Assembly: GCA_051362555.1 (NCBI GenBank)
Contig: CM120641.1
Coordinates: 44,150,401 to 44,214,400, forward strand
DNA from: Lingula anatina
Taxonomy: Eukaryota > Animalia > Brachiopoda
DNA: 64,000 nucleotides
Reading direction: 5' to 3'
Positions 62,233 to 64,000 of this stretch are shown one piece after another (the first letter of the stretch is position 1; each line of letters opens with the position of its first letter). The position numbers and the translations under genes are program-made. Under the pieces are notes generated by a model. That model was not told where the DNA came from. It made no database searches and was given only the letters and a program-made list of their open reading frames with translations.

Positions 62233-64000
62233 GTAAGAGCACGCCATACGGATCTATGTTCTTCAAACGGCAATTAAATAGAAATTAAAAACATGGGGAT
62301 ACTGTTTTGTGGAACTTTAAAAATGGAAGCTTTTTAAAGTAGCGCATGCTTCTGTTCACATCATTCTACATTAGTAAATTTTAAACAGAAACACAAAAAG
62401 CAATTTTTTTCATGCGCTCTTTGTTATTCCTGGGCAAACAAAAAGAAAATTGCTCATAGAAGGAATAATTGATAGGTTTTTGCAATTTGGTAAATCGTTT
62501 AAGTTGCAAAGAGCAAGTCTCCGTTTGTTTGCCAAGCTGACCGGACTGTTTGTGTAGACTACAGCCATTGGCGGCAGAAATGTTCTCTTGATGTTAACTG
62601 AATAAGTTTTCCAACTACGACTCTCAGTAGGATTAGCGACAGGGTGATGTTTTATTATATAATTCAATTGAAGTCATGTAGGTAATGAGTGAGCTTGTGT
62701 CATTAACTTGACAGCATTACGCATGCGCAAGCAGTCCCACGGTGAACTCAAAACGTTTTTCGTAAATTGCATAGATTCTTAAATTTCTGAGGTAACAGGG
62801 CTACATATTACAAAGGACTTGTCCTTATTTGATGCCTCATATCTAGTTGCTGGGAGGGATAAGTGTTTCTGGTCTTGAATTTGTGCGTTAATTTTGAGTC
62901 CAGTCGCCTTTGTGTGTCTAGATTTTTAGACAAGTTTATAAGGGCGAGCTCTTTTTCTGTATGACACCCAGTTTAAAAAAAAACGATTTTTCTGCAACTT
63001 TGTTAGACCGAGTACCCCGGATACATTACATCATCGCTTTGGTCTTTTAAGCAAGTTAGGGGTTACTTTAACTACAGCATATAGTTATTAATTACAAGGT
63101 GTTAAAGTGTAGTTTAGGCATTTGTTCCCTTTTCAATTCACATTAGGGAAGGGAAGTTGATTAGTTGATTATTTAGTTACGGTTCACTACAAGCGATGTT
63201 CCTGTTCAGCAAATTGATGTCTTGACTAGATAGCAGCGCCACGTAGCGTGCACTTTGGACCTATTCATAACCAAAGCTTTTTTTCTTGATCTTCCTGCAC
63301 CAGGTACATGTATAACAACATACCCAATAATTACAAGGCGTCAAAGTGTAGAACAAGAGAGGACAATCATGGACAATGGCGTTCAGTTTGTCTGTTGTGC
63401 GAGCTTGCCCAAAATCTTATCACACCGTGATCAAATCTGCTTGTAATCAACAGATTATTTTCTCATCATGTTCTTTTTCATTAGTTAAATTAATAAAGTT
63501 ACACATGCTGTACAATTCCTGCAAGATACACTAGTCTCCAAACACATTACATTTGGAAGGGTCGGGTTTGTTTTGCACGCACCACGAAACAGCAAATAAA
63601 GCCAATACACGCACAGAGTAATCACAGCGGTCAACACACCGTGTCGATGATGATTTAAACCGTGCCTACACTTTGCAGATACAATTTCCACCCGGAGTCT
63701 CAGTCTAATAGAGATACATTTTAAGCACTGACGGAGCACTGGTGTGTTTTCCGTGGTTTGTTTCAAACATGAAAACTTCACGAGGCACATGGCCAGGACG
63801 ACTGGGCATACAAGCGTAAAAACTATTTTCGCAGATTGTAAAATCAATTTGGCGGGTCCAGTCGAAATCCTGCTGACTTTTTATTTTCAACTGAGCTTAA
63901 ATACGGAGGATTTACGACGTGTGCCATGTCAAGTCTTCACTCTAGAACGAGGGAAGCTACATATTGCAGTCAGTCGCAGTCTTGCAACTTTCAATGTTTC

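Noticed and set aside
63255-63446. Acceptor-like site at ~63303 as a third exon of the 61227 gene
   Set aside because: The required phase-0 frame hits TAA after three codons, and the open frames do not fit the preceding exon.

Overview
AT-rich, intron-containing animal DNA, probably from an invertebrate (a mollusc or other lophotrochozoan is a guess). Genes rebuilt by hand from splice sites: the 3' end of TEPSIN (+, ending at 2117); a complete 7-exon L-xylulose reductase/DCXR-like SDR (-, 3405-33643); a divergently transcribed ankyrin-repeat gene (+, CDS 39783-46663); a 125-aa secreted four-cysteine prepropeptide gene (+, 52506-54792); and the start of a second signal-peptide gene (+, from 61227). 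The 22-kb DCXR intron 5 holds an antisense nested FkbM-type methyltransferase gene and a full-length RTE LINE with an HDV-like ribozyme at its 5' end. DCXR intron 1 holds a 3.76-kb foldback-like DNA transposon built from CCTATAGG palindromes. The most striking observation is the leader of the ankyrin gene. It carries a 131-codon upstream ORF that stays open across two introns, followed by a second small ORF. The two share the motif LSxxxxFFF[KR]LAWxxRxxxP..VI.....MI, which suggests a polycistronic mRNA encoding paralogous hydrophobic microproteins. Several MITEs and microsatellites are present, and CpG density rises near 47 kb. All protein identities come from recognition by eye, not from database searches.
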